Sequence record: SRR31156797_2200 | Length of the DNA stretch: 64,000 nucleotides | Reading direction: 5' to 3' (one strand) | Shown here: in pieces, positions 43,175-53,142 of the stretch | How the letters are laid out: every line of letters starts with the position of its first letter | How positions within the stretch are numbered: position 1 is the first letter of the stretch | Made by a program: the position numbers and the translations under genes | Notes under the pieces: generated by a model | What the model was told of the DNA's origin: nothing | The model's input: the letters and a program-made list of their open reading frames with translations, nothing else | Databases searched by the model: none

Positions 43175-43462
43175 ATGAAAAAACTGAAACAGCAGTACCG
43201 AAAGCGTATTAAATGCCAGCGTCAATATCTTTGGGATTTGTATCCCAGCATTCGCAGTGGAACCCACAAGCACTTTTCCACAAAACAGGAAAAGGGCTTT
43301 TACTTTCTTCACATGATTGAGTGCAGAGGGTACCCGATTAAATTACGCGCTGCGCGAGGAAGATCTTTGGCTAACCCGTGGGATGACTATCCAGCGTATG
43401 TGCATGACCTAGCAAAAAGTTGGAAGCATAATTCTAAACGACGTTATCAGTACTATAAGTAA
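43175..43462 (+). CDS. Small basic hypothetical protein (95 aa)
   Basis: Strong SD GGAGGGG; K/R/aromatic-rich; RAARGRSLANPWDD and SWKHNSKRRYQY. Confidence 0.7.
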   Translation: MKKLKQQYRKRIKCQRQYLWDLYPSIRSGTHKHFSTKQEKGFYFLHMIECRGYPIKLRAARGRSLANPWDDYPAYVHDLAKSWKHNSKRRYQYYK

Positions 43463-43499
43463 GCTTAACGATGGCGTAGGGGCTTTTCTTTTCCCTAAT

Positions 43500-43770
43500 G
43501 CCAGAAACGACAAGAGCCACTAATTGTAGTGGCTCTATTACGTGCAACCTGTGGTCAATACTCTATGAGCGGAAGAGGGCAGGGCTATCGTATGTCCTCG
43601 GTGGTCTGCTTTGCAATTAAGCCAAGTTCAATTCGATACCATTACTTCTAATCAGACAGTAAGTAGTAACTCCAAGAAAAAGCAGGGATACCCGAGGCTC
43701 TCAACTTTATGTTAAAGCTAAGAGCCGAATGTGGCAAGCTTACTCTGTCCAGAGACATGCCAACACGGTC
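43500..43770 (-). ncRNA. Candidate structured ncRNA
   Basis: Series of hairpins ending in a terminator-like 10-bp stem; G-U pairs in the 43696-43726 stem form only on the minus strand. Confidence 0.35.
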
Positions 43771-44116
43771 ATCATTAGCACGTTTATGCCGATTCCGTGC
43801 TATCAACTAGGAAGGAACCCTTCTCAGTTGCTTCTCAACTCATAAGTATTTCTCGCAGTTTAACTGTTGCCAAATTTGCAATACTTTCCTGAACGATGAA
43901 AAAATTCAGTTGTTGCTGATTCTGCAACAGCTCCCACCTGCACCAATAGTGCAACAGCTTGTTGCACTATTTGCCTAAAATACTTCTGCCTCATTGCAAG
44001 TTAGTGCCAATCTTAGAGCAAGCCGCAGTAACTGTTTTTGCGTAATCTAGGCTAATGGAATGGCATAAAGTAATGTATTATATTTGCATGTAATTTCATA
44101 TATGGAGAGCAAGATT

Positions 44117-45088
44117 TTGCCACTACAATCTTTTGAAGACGCAATGAATGCGCGTGTACCTGACAATAAAAAGCCTTCAGTCCTACTGGCTAACGGTTTC
44201 TCACAAGCGTAGGATCATACAATTTTCAACTATAAAAACTTGCTTAATGGAGCGAATTTTGGCGTTCGTGATCCAGAGATAAGGGAAATTTTTACGAAAT
44301 TCGACACGTACGATTTCGAGCAAGTAATGCGTGCTTTAGAGGCGGCCGAAGCTGTCTGCGAAACTTATGGTATTGATGCTAGAAAAATTGATGAAATCAG
44401 TACAGGCCAAGAGCAACTAAAGAATTCATTAATTGATTCAATTTCTGATACCCATCCAGAAAGGTCAAGCCATGTTTCAGTAGCGCAGTACGAAAAAGCT
44501 AAACCATTCATACTAGAATTCAACAACATCTTCACTCTTAACTACGATTTGTTGCTTTACTGGATAGTTAATAAAACTGAGATCGATCCAGTGGGCTATC
44601 GCACTGGTGATGGTTTTAGTTTTTCTACATGGGAAAACCGAACAGATCAGAATGTCTTTTTCGTACATGGAGGCCTTCATCTCTACGACACCGGAACCAA
44701 AATTAAGAAGCATACATTCAATGACGATCACGATGTTAGTATCATTGATAAGGTTCGCGGAAATTTAGATGAGGGTAAATTCCCTTTGTTTGTGTCGGAG
44801 CCAACGAGTAGCAAGAAATTGGAGCGCATCAAGCACAACTCATACTTAAATGATTGCTACAAAAAAATATCGAAACTCAAAGGAACGCTATTCATCCATG
44901 GCCATTCAATGGCAGACAATGACAAACATATCTTTGATCAAATCAATGAAAGTGAAGTAGAAAAGGTGTTCGTAAGTATCTTTGGAGAAGAAGATTCAGA
45001 GACGAACCGTGAAACCATGGCCAATGCTAGGCGCTTTATTCATGCTCATGTTGAATTCTATGACGGCACCTATTTGGGCTTAATGTAA
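44117..45088 (+). pseudogene. DUF4917-like (SIR2-like fold) protein with an internal TAG
   Basis: In-frame upstream sequence reads SVLLANGFSQA*DHTIFNY (TAG at 44210-44212); also FTLNYDLLLYW, VHGGLHL, PLFVSE and HGHSMADND. Confidence 0.72.
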
Positions 45089-45441
45089 CGTCTACTGACT
45101 CTTGATTGGCAAGCCGCTTTGTTAGCTAGATTTCAATGGTTTTTTCGAACGTGAGGTAATTCATTGCTTCAAGTTTGGAAAGTTCTAGCTCATTTTCCCC
45201 TGAAGATTCTGACATGATTATCCACATCGCAAGTTGCGATTCGCAGGGTGCGATGTGGAATGAAAACCATCTAGTGTCTTGTTTTTAATTTGGTTGTTCC
45301 TGCAACGGTCAGGTAAGAGATAGGATTAACGTTATTGATTCATATATGCACCTAATTGTGGTCAGGTGATAGATTTTCAAATATTCTCTGTGTGGCTGGA
45401 ATTTAGATTGAATGAAGGCTTTACTTCAGAGCAGGAACATC

Positions 45442-48400
45442 ATGACCAAACAAAACGAAGATACACGGGTAAAGATACCAACCATACTGCACCTAACGCG
45501 CTTAGGGTATAAGTACCTATCTTTAAAGCAGGCCACTTGGTGCACTGATACCAACATTTTCTCTGACATCTTCAAAGAGTCCATTGAGCGTATTAACCCT
45601 GGAATGGATAGTGGGGATGTTGAACGTTGCTTGGATGACTTAAAGTTAAGCTTAGACAATGAAGATTTAGGCCGTGCTTTTTACGAAAAACTGACGAGTC
45701 GTTCCGGCATAAAACTCATAGATTTTGATGATTTCTCAAACAACAGCCTACACGTAGTAACAGAGCTTACATACAAGAACGGCGATGAAGAGTTTCGTCC
45801 AGACATCATTCTGCTCATTAACGGTATGCCTTTAGTCTTTATTGAGGTTAAAAAACCAAACAATAAAGACGGTGTTATAGCCGAGAGAAATCGAATCAAC
45901 ACTCGTTTTCAAAATCCAAAGTTTAGACGCTTCGTTAACATTACTCAGCTCATGCTGTTTTCTAATAACATGGAATACGATGATGGTAGCTCGGAGCCTA
46001 TCCAGGGCGCGTTCTATGCGAGTTCGTCTTATACAAAGCCTATCTTCAACTACTTCCGAGAAGAGGAAGTACTTAACCTCACTAAGCTACTTAAGCCTTT
46101 AGCCGATGATACTGAGAATTTTGTTCTAAAAGATAATAACTACACCGTTATTAAACATAGCCCTGAATTCCTCACCAACAAAGACCATGATGCGCCAACC
46201 AATAGAATATGCACATCACTACTTAACACTGAGCGCCTTGCATTCATGCTGAGATATTCTCTAGCGTATGTTAAAGAAACAGATGGTCTGCAAAAACACG
46301 TGATGCGCTATCCGCAGCTGTTTGCAACCAAAGCAATTGAAAGTAAGTTAAGTGAAGGCATTAAGAAAGGCATTATTTGGCATACTCAGGGAAGTGGAAA
46401 AACGGCTCTGGCCTATTACAACGTAAGGCACTTAACCGATTACTACCAAAAGCAACACATAATCCCTAAGTTTTATTTTATTGTTGACCGGATTGATCTA
46501 CTTATTCAGGCACAGCGTGAATTTACGAGTCGTGGATTAATGGTTCATACAGTGAACTCTAGAGAAGCTTTTGCTCAGAGTATCAAGGCAACTAAGGTGA
46601 TCCATAATGACTCGGGTAAGCCGGAGATCACCGTTGTTAATATTCAGAAGTTCGAAGATGACCCTAGTGTTCTACGAACCGTCGACTATGACGTCAATAT
46701 CCAACGTGTTTACTTTTTAGATGAAGTGCATCGTAGCTACAACCCTAAAGGTAGCTTCTTAGCCAACCTCACCCAGTCAGACCCCAATGCAATTAAGATT
46801 GGTTTAACAGGTACTCCGTTGCTTCTGGAGGAAAAGGATAAAGATCCAACTAAAGAGTCTAAAGCATTTAGTTCTAAACAGATTTTTGGCAATTACATCC
46901 ATAAGTATTACTACAACGCGTCAATTGCTGATGGTTATACCTTACGTTTAATTCGTGAAGAGATTGCTAGCAATTATGTCATGGCAATGCGGGAAGCTCT
47001 GCAAGAGGTTGAGTTGCAGCAAGGCAGTATTGATAAGAAGAAAGCCTATGCTCACCCAAGATTCGTAGAGCCTATGCTGAACTACATCGTTCAGGACTTT
47101 GAAAAAAGCCGCTCTTCGTGGGGAGATAACAGCATTGGTGGAATGGTAATTTGTGATAGCTCTGAACAAGCAAAAGAGCTGTTCAAACAGTTCAATGCTA
47201 TTTATGCCACTAAACCTGTATTACCTGCCAGCTCAAAGCCTGAAGAGGCTGTAGTAGAAGAAAGTATTGTTAATGAGCCAAGGGCTAGCCACAACGAAAA
47301 GCTAAAACGAGATAGCCAGGTACATTCAGCTGCTCTGATTTTACATGACGTAGGTAGTAAGGAAGAGCGAAAAGACTGGGTAGAGAAATATAAAGCAGGC
47401 GAGATAGACTTCGTGTTTGTCTACAACATGCTGTTAACTGGCTTTGATGCTAAACGATTGAAAAAGCTGTATCTAGGTCGAATCATTAAAAAGCACAACC
47501 TGCTTCAAGCGTTAACACGTGTGAATCGCACCTACAAAGAGTTCCGCTATGGTTACGTAGTCGATTTTGCTGATATCAGCGCTGAATTTGACGCGACTAA
47601 TAAAGCCTACTTTGATGAGCTAAAAAGTGAACTTGGCGATGAAATGGATAGCTATTCAAATCTGTTCAAAAGCCATGAAGAAGTGTACGAAGAGATTGAA
47701 CACATAAAAGATGTGCTCTTTCAGTTTGATACTGAGAACACTGAGTTGTTTCAGCAGCAGATTAGCCAGATCTCAGATCGCAAACAAATACTCGCTTTAA
47801 AAAAAGCGTTAGAGGGTGCTAAAGACCTGTATAATCTCATCCGCCTTCAAGGGGATACTGAGCAGCTTCAAGAGCTAGATTTTGCCAAGCTCAACGTATT
47901 GTACCGATATACCAATGATCACTTAGGTAATTTGAACCTAAAACTGCAAATAGAGAACAGTACCGATACCACTAATTTATTAAATGCGGCGCTAGAAGAT
48001 GTTGTATTTATGTTTACTAAGGTTGGTGAAAGTGAACTCAAGTTAGCAGACGAACTTAAAAACACCTTACGTAAAACCCGTGAGGCTTTGGCTGGTAACA
48101 TAGACCAAGCTGACCCGAAGTTTATTGCTTTGAAAGATGAGTTAGAACGCCTATTCAAAACTAAGAATTTGAGCGAAGTCAGCCAAGAAGATATGGACAA
48201 AAATATTGGTGCGCTGCGCAAAATTCATGAGCGAGTAAAAGTGCTTAATCAGGAAAATAGCCGTTATAAGGCTAAGTATTTAGGTGATGAAAAGTACGCG
48301 AGAACTCATAAGCGACTCCTTGAAGGGAAACGAGGAGAAGGCCAGTATAGTAAGCTGTTTGAGGATACAGAAAATTTAGTTGAACGCCGTATCTTTGATG

Positions 48401-48618
48401 CGCTAGCAGCAATCAAGCAGCTAACTGATGAGCAAGTGTTGAACAATCAGCAGTTGCTCAATAACGAGAGCTATTTTGAACGTACAGTGATGCCTAACAC
48501 CATCAAACAGTTCAAAATGGAGCAAAAAATTAATTTAACTCCCGTAGCTGCAAAGCATATCAATGCTTTGGTGGTGCGAGAGTATTTGAACGAATTTAAC
48601 GGCCGAGCGCCGTGGTAG
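45442..48618 (+). CDS. hsdR: Type I restriction endonuclease subunit R
   Basis: RPDIILLINGMPLVFIEVK, WHTQGSGKT, DEVHRS, GLTGTP, MLLTGFDA and LQALTRVNR; ATG at 45442. Confidence 0.95.
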   Translation: MTKQNEDTRVKIPTILHLTRLGYKYLSLKQATWCTDTNIFSDIFKESIERINPGMDSGDVERCLDDLKLSLDNEDLGRAFYEKLTSRSGIKLIDFDDFSNNSLHVVTELTYKNGDEEFRPDIILLINGMPLVFIEVKKPNNKDGVIAERNRINTRFQNPKFRRFVNITQLMLFSNNMEYDDGSSEPIQGAFYASSSYTKPIFNYFREEEVLNLTKLLKPLADDTENFVLKDNNYTVIKHSPEFLTNKDHDAPTNRICTSLLNTERLAFMLRYSLAYVKETDGLQKHVMRYPQLFATKAIESKLSEGIKKGIIWHTQGSGKTALAYYNVRHLTDYYQKQHIIPKFYFIVDRIDLLIQAQREFTSRGLMVHTVNSREAFAQSIKATKVIHNDSGKPEITVVNIQKFEDDPSVLRTVDYDVNIQRVYFLDEVHRSYNPKGSFLANLTQSDPNAIKIGLTGTPLLLEEKDKDPTKESKAFSSKQIFGNYIHKYYYNASIADGYTLRLIREEIASNYVMAMREALQEVELQQGSIDKKKAYAHPRFVEPMLNYIVQDFEKSRSSWGDNSIGGMVICDSSEQAKELFKQFNAIYATKPVLPASSKPEEAVVEESIVNEPRASHNEKLKRDSQVHSAALILHDVGSKEERKDWVEKYKAGEIDFVFVYNMLLTGFDAKRLKKLYLGRIIKKHNLLQALTRVNRTYKEFRYGYVVDFADISAEFDATNKAYFDELKSELGDEMDSYSNLFKSHEEVYEEIEHIKDVLFQFDTENTELFQQQISQISDRKQILALKKALEGAKDLYNLIRLQGDTEQLQELDFAKLNVLYRYTNDHLGNLNLKLQIENSTDTTNLLNAALEDVVFMFTKVGESELKLADELKNTLRKTREALAGNIDQADPKFIALKDELERLFKTKNLSEVSQEDMDKNIGALRKIHERVKVLNQENSRYKAKYLGDEKYARTHKRLLEGKRGEGQYSKLFEDTENLVERRIFDALAAIKQLTDEQVLNNQQLLNNESYFERTVMPNTIKQFKMEQKINLTPVAAKHINALVVREYLNEFNGRAPW

Positions 48619-48624
48619 GACAAA

Positions 48625-50253
48625 ATGGTAGAACAAGATTTCCCAAGTAAAACCAAACAACTGATTGATGATTTAAAATCAACTTGTGCTCGTAATGGTT
48701 TAGGTAATGACGCGAGTGAGTTTAAGATCATTACTCAGGTGTTCTTGTATAAGCTACTGAACGATAAGTTCACCTATGAAACTAAACAAATTGAACCCAA
48801 GCTAGCAAGCAGTGACAACTGGGAACAAGCGTTTATCGCACTAAGTGATGATGAGCGAGAAATGCTGGCGATGCAGTTGCCAGCCGATGCAGCAGAGCTA
48901 AAACAAGAGCACTTCATCTCAACCTTATTTGCTAAACAAAATGAAGGCGACTTCGCCAAGTTGTTCGATGACACACTACGCGATATCTCCATGCTCAACA
49001 GTGACACCTTCTCAGTAATGACCGACTCTGGCGAGAAGGTAGCACTGTTCGAATCGATCAGTGAGTACGTGACCGTTAGTAAGCGTGATGACTTCTGTCG
49101 CGCAATCATTAACAGCCTTGCTGAGTTTAGTTTTGAGCGAATTTTTACCCAAAAGTACGATTTCTATGCAGTGATCTTTGAATACTTAATCAAAGACTAC
49201 AACAGTAATTCAGGGGGTAAATATGCCGAGTACTATACTCCTCATGCCGTGGCTCGTATTATGGCTAATATTCTTGTGCCGGAAGAGCAGCAAGGAAAAA
49301 TCAGTAACGTAAGCTGTTATGATCCATCAGCTGGTTCAGGTACTTTGTTGATGAATGTTGCACACGCTATTGGTGAAAGTCGCTGTTCTATCTTCACTCA
49401 GGATATCTCAAAGAAGTCATCAAACCTTCTACGATTGAACTTAATCTTAAACAACCTTGTGCACTCAATTCCTAACGTGATTGAAGGTGACACCATGCGT
49501 CATCCTCACCACAAAGATGGCGCTGCCTTAAAGCAGTTTGATTACATTGTGTCAAACCCACCGTTTAAGCTTGATTTCAGTGAAATTCATGAAGAGCTGG
49601 AGGGGAAAGAACACAAGAAGCGTTTCTTTGCTGGTGTGCCTAAAGTACCAGCAAAAGCTAAAGATAAGATGGCAATCTATCAACTATTCTTACAACACAT
49701 AATCCACTCTTTGAAAGAAAATGGTAAGGCAGCGGTTGTTGTGCCTACCGGTTTTATTACGGCTAAATCGATAGATATGAAAATCCGAAAGCACCTTATT
49801 GACAATAAAATGCTAGCCGGTGTGGTATCAATGCCATCAAATATTTTTGCGACAACTGGTACTAATGTATCAATTCTGTTTATTGATGCGTGTAACAAAG
49901 GTGATGTGGTTTTAGTTGATGCCTCAAATCTAGGTACAAAGATTAAAGAAGGTAAGAACCAGAAAACAGTTTTAAGTGATTTGGAAGAACAACAGATTAT
50001 TGAAGTGTTTAATAACACAAAGAGTGTCGATAGTTTGTCTGTCGTGGTTAGCTATGAAGATATAGCCGCTAAGAATTACTCTTTCAGTGCCGGTCAGTAT
50101 TTTGATGTGAAAATTGAATATACAGATATAACTGCAATAGAGTTTAAACAAAAGATGGAAGCCTATTCATCAAACCTTAATGAGCTATTTAATCAATCAA
50201 AGGCGTTGGAAACTAAGATTGAAGAACAGTTAAAAGGTTTGAAGTATGAGTAA
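48625..50253 (+). CDS. hsdM: Type I R-M N6-adenine methyltransferase
   Basis: EYYTP, YDPSAGSG and VSNPPF motifs. Confidence 0.95.
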   Translation: MVEQDFPSKTKQLIDDLKSTCARNGLGNDASEFKIITQVFLYKLLNDKFTYETKQIEPKLASSDNWEQAFIALSDDEREMLAMQLPADAAELKQEHFISTLFAKQNEGDFAKLFDDTLRDISMLNSDTFSVMTDSGEKVALFESISEYVTVSKRDDFCRAIINSLAEFSFERIFTQKYDFYAVIFEYLIKDYNSNSGGKYAEYYTPHAVARIMANILVPEEQQGKISNVSCYDPSAGSGTLLMNVAHAIGESRCSIFTQDISKKSSNLLRLNLILNNLVHSIPNVIEGDTMRHPHHKDGAALKQFDYIVSNPPFKLDFSEIHEELEGKEHKKRFFAGVPKVPAKAKDKMAIYQLFLQHIIHSLKENGKAAVVVPTGFITAKSIDMKIRKHLIDNKMLAGVVSMPSNIFATTGTNVSILFIDACNKGDVVLVDASNLGTKIKEGKNQKTVLSDLEEQQIIEVFNNTKSVDSLSVVVSYEDIAAKNYSFSAGQYFDVKIEYTDITAIEFKQKMEAYSSNLNELFNQSKALETKIEEQLKGLKYE

Positions 50254-51529
50254 GCTAACGAAGTACCGCTTTAGTGATTTGTATTCGATGTCATCGGGGA
50301 TCTCTTCTACTAAAGAGCAAGCTGGTCATGGGGCGCCATTTTTATCGTTTTCAGCTGTTTTTAATAACTACTTTGTCCCTGATGAACTGGCAGATCTTAT
50401 GGATGCGTCGGCAAAGCAGCAAGAAACTTATTCGATAAAAAAAGGGGATATCTTCTTAACTAGGACGAGTGAAGTAGTTGATGAACTTGCCATGAGTTCA
50501 GTGGCAACCCAAGACTATCCTCGTGCGACATATAGTGGCTTCCTCAAGCGCTTGCGCCCTACCCAAAATGATATTAGTTATCCTAAGTATATGGCCTTTT
50601 ACTTAAGAAGTTCATTATTTAGAAAGACGATGACAAACAATGCTGTTATGACTTTAAGAGCAAGCTTGAATGAAGATATCTTTTCTTACCTAGATTTATT
50701 GCTTCCAGATTTTGATACGCAGGTAAAAGTTGGTGATTTGCTTTACGCCATAGATCAGAAAATTGAAGTTAATGCGCGTATCAATCACGAACTAGGACTA
50801 ATGACGAAAACTCTATACGACTACTGGTTTGTACAATTTGACTTTCCCAATGCAGATGGAAAGCCATATAAAGCATCTGGTGGTCAAATGCTTTACAACA
50901 AAACTTTAAAAAGAGATATCCCAGTTGATTGGGAAGCTCGTAATTTGGATAGTATTCTTAGTCGTAGTGGTACAGGCTTGAACCCAAGAAGCAACTTTAA
51001 GTTGGGAGAGGGGAGCAACTATTACGTTACTATAAAAAGTATAAATAACGGAAAGATAAATCTCGATGATAAGTGTGATCGAATCAGCGATGAATCATTA
51101 ACAATTATCAATAATAGATCTGATTTGAAGGTTGGTGATGTTCTCTTTACGAGCATCCAACCTGTTGGCGAAACGTACTTTATTCAAGAGAAACCAACAA
51201 ACTGGAATATTAATGAATCAGTTTTTACGCTTCGTGCTGATACTGAACAAGTTACTTCTGAATACTTCTATATGCTTCTATCCGGTCAAGAAATGAAAGC
51301 TTACACAAAACAGTCGTCAGCTGGGAGTATTCATAAAGGAATAAGGCATGGTGTTCTTAAAGAGTTTATTCTTCCGTTCGGCGGTAAAGAGATAACGAAA
51401 GAATTTTCTAAAGTGCTGTCGCCCATACTGAAGAAGCAAGCATTAATTGAAAAAGAGAACCGCGTTTTATCCGAAACTAGAGACTGGCTATTACCAATGC
51501 TAATGAACGGACAAGTTACGGTAAAATGA
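50246..51529 (+). CDS. hsdS: Type I R-M specificity subunit
   Basis: Two TRDs with conserved regions KTLYDYWFVQFDFP and RDWLLPMLMNGQ. Confidence 0.93.
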   Translation: MSKLTKYRFSDLYSMSSGISSTKEQAGHGAPFLSFSAVFNNYFVPDELADLMDASAKQQETYSIKKGDIFLTRTSEVVDELAMSSVATQDYPRATYSGFLKRLRPTQNDISYPKYMAFYLRSSLFRKTMTNNAVMTLRASLNEDIFSYLDLLLPDFDTQVKVGDLLYAIDQKIEVNARINHELGLMTKTLYDYWFVQFDFPNADGKPYKASGGQMLYNKTLKRDIPVDWEARNLDSILSRSGTGLNPRSNFKLGEGSNYYVTIKSINNGKINLDDKCDRISDESLTIINNRSDLKVGDVLFTSIQPVGETYFIQEKPTNWNINESVFTLRADTEQVTSEYFYMLLSGQEMKAYTKQSSAGSIHKGIRHGVLKEFILPFGGKEITKEFSKVLSPILKKQALIEKENRVLSETRDWLLPMLMNGQVTVK

Positions 51530-52074
51530 TGAATATTGCGTATCGGCTACTGCTCACGGTTACGGCAACGTCCTTGTTGTTGATAATATTTGTGGTGCAG
51601 AAGGGCTACACGTTAGGCTACTTTTTTGAAAGGTGCACCTACTTAACCACCTTGCCGAATGCAATTTCATACATTCTTTATCTCTTGATACCGATAGCGT
51701 TAAGTGGGCTGAGTATTTTCCTCAGTCGATACCTTGGCAAAGATGAGTTCAAAGCGGGTCAGGTGGTTGAGGTTGAGCATGCCAATAACAGCTTTCTTCC
51801 TAGCTATCTGGGCTACTTTTTTGTAGCACTTAGTATCGGTAACTGGGAAACATTGTTTTTTGTCTATGGTGTTCTGTTCGTGTTCACTTTTTTATCACAG
51901 GCGCTTTACTTCAACCCACTGTTTTTATTATTTGGATTTGAGTTCTACAACATCAAAACGAAAAATGGTGCAACCATCTTTTTGATAAGCCGAGAGCGCT
52001 ATAAAACACCAGGTGGCATAGTGATAGGCAAAGCTTATCGTATTAATAATTATACATTTATTGAGCGAGGGTAA
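51526..52074 (+). CDS. KwaA-like multi-TM protein (Kiwa defence)
   Basis: About 4 TM segments; FLPSYLGYF and YFNPLFLLFGFEFY; paired with the next gene. Confidence 0.6.
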   Translation: MMNIAYRLLLTVTATSLLLIIFVVQKGYTLGYFFERCTYLTTLPNAISYILYLLIPIALSGLSIFLSRYLGKDEFKAGQVVEVEHANNSFLPSYLGYFFVALSIGNWETLFFVYGVLFVFTFLSQALYFNPLFLLFGFEFYNIKTKNGATIFLISRERYKTPGGIVIGKAYRINNYTFIERG

Positions 52075-52076
52075 TC

Positions 52077-52907
52077 GTGGATTTAGTACTGACTAAAGTT
52101 AAAGGTCGCAATAAAAAGAATGTATTTAAGCTGCTTTCAGACGAAACACTGTTCGAGGAGTTGCTCGTTACTGATGATGCCTGTGTTGATTATGCCCCTG
52201 ACCACAACCTAGACGAAGATTCGTGGTTTAAAATCGATAACTTTAGTCAACAGCCATACTGTCTTGATATTCTTAAAGTCGATTTTGATTCAAAAGATTA
52301 TGACGACCTTCCAAAAGCTAAGTTCAAAGATATTGCTCAGCTTTATGCTATTCAAGGCGATAATTTTTATTTTCAAAAAATAACGCCTTCTCTTTTTGTT
52401 ACCAAGAAGATGATTGCATTCGGCGAAGCGGCGGAGCTTGAAAGTACTGAAAAGCGTTTGGTTGTTAATCAAGTGGCTGATGCTGTCTACTACAAAGCGC
52501 AGGACAAGTTAGTCTTTAAGAGTCTAGCGACAATATCTAGCATCTTTAAAGGTATTGATGAGCTCTACAAAGAAGCAACAAAAGAAGAGGTTGAAAAGTT
52601 CTTAGAAGAGGACTTTATTGAGCTTGCTGATGGTTATGATACGTCGAAGGTATCAAAGCCTAACCGTAAACGTATCGCATTGGCAATGGATACACTGGCG
52701 GCATTACCAGTGGAAGAACGAGACCAAATGTACTCGTATATTCATAGTTACTGTGAGCAAAAGTTAACGTTCGATAAAGAAAACAGTAAGTTTGAAATTA
52801 ACTCAGACGATGAGCTGAAATATTTGCTCTACGGTATTGAGCAGCGTTTTTACACTACACCTTTAGGGCATGAAAAGCGTTTGGCTAATTCAGTCCAACC
52901 AATGTAA
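52077..52907 (+). CDS. KwaB/DUF4868-like protein (Kiwa defence)
   Basis: Acidic 276-aa protein with FQKIT, SIFKGIDELYKEAT and EQRFYTTPL; 2 bp after the kwaA-like gene. Confidence 0.6.
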   Translation: MDLVLTKVKGRNKKNVFKLLSDETLFEELLVTDDACVDYAPDHNLDEDSWFKIDNFSQQPYCLDILKVDFDSKDYDDLPKAKFKDIAQLYAIQGDNFYFQKITPSLFVTKKMIAFGEAAELESTEKRLVVNQVADAVYYKAQDKLVFKSLATISSIFKGIDELYKEATKEEVEKFLEEDFIELADGYDTSKVSKPNRKRIALAMDTLAALPVEERDQMYSYIHSYCEQKLTFDKENSKFEINSDDELKYLLYGIEQRFYTTPLGHEKRLANSVQPM

Positions 52908-53110
52908 TACACTAGTTGAATAGTTATGCATTGTTATTTGATGTTATCGGGTTCTTAGCAAAGCCCATGACATCTCCCCAATGCGGTTCAAAAATGTGGG
53001 TATAACCATTGTTGAACTGCTAATTTGGTTTTTACATCAGTTCGGTTTCTTGAGAACTTACAGCGCTGCAAATTAAGCTTGAAGCATAAAATACAGAATT
53101 GATAAATTGT

Positions 53111-53142
53111 ATTTTGACAACTTATGGGCTGTGTTAGGAATA
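53111..53142 (-). repeat. Right terminal inverted repeat of the island
   Basis: ATTTTGACAACTTA-TGGGC-TGTGTTAGGAATA. Confidence 0.9.

Larger units (their letters stand above)
33006..53142. mobile_element. Integrative island with a multi-tyrosine-recombinase module (SE/GInt-like) inserted inside yhiN
   Basis: Splits yhiN precisely, has terminal inverted repeats, encodes three YR-fold genes, carries defence cargo and is visibly AT-richer than the flanks. Confidence 0.88.

Noticed and set aside
43565-43651. 28-aa plus-strand ORF, and a 36-aa minus-strand ORF nearby, as a type I toxin
   Set aside because: Neither has a good SD or a continuous hydrophobic helix.
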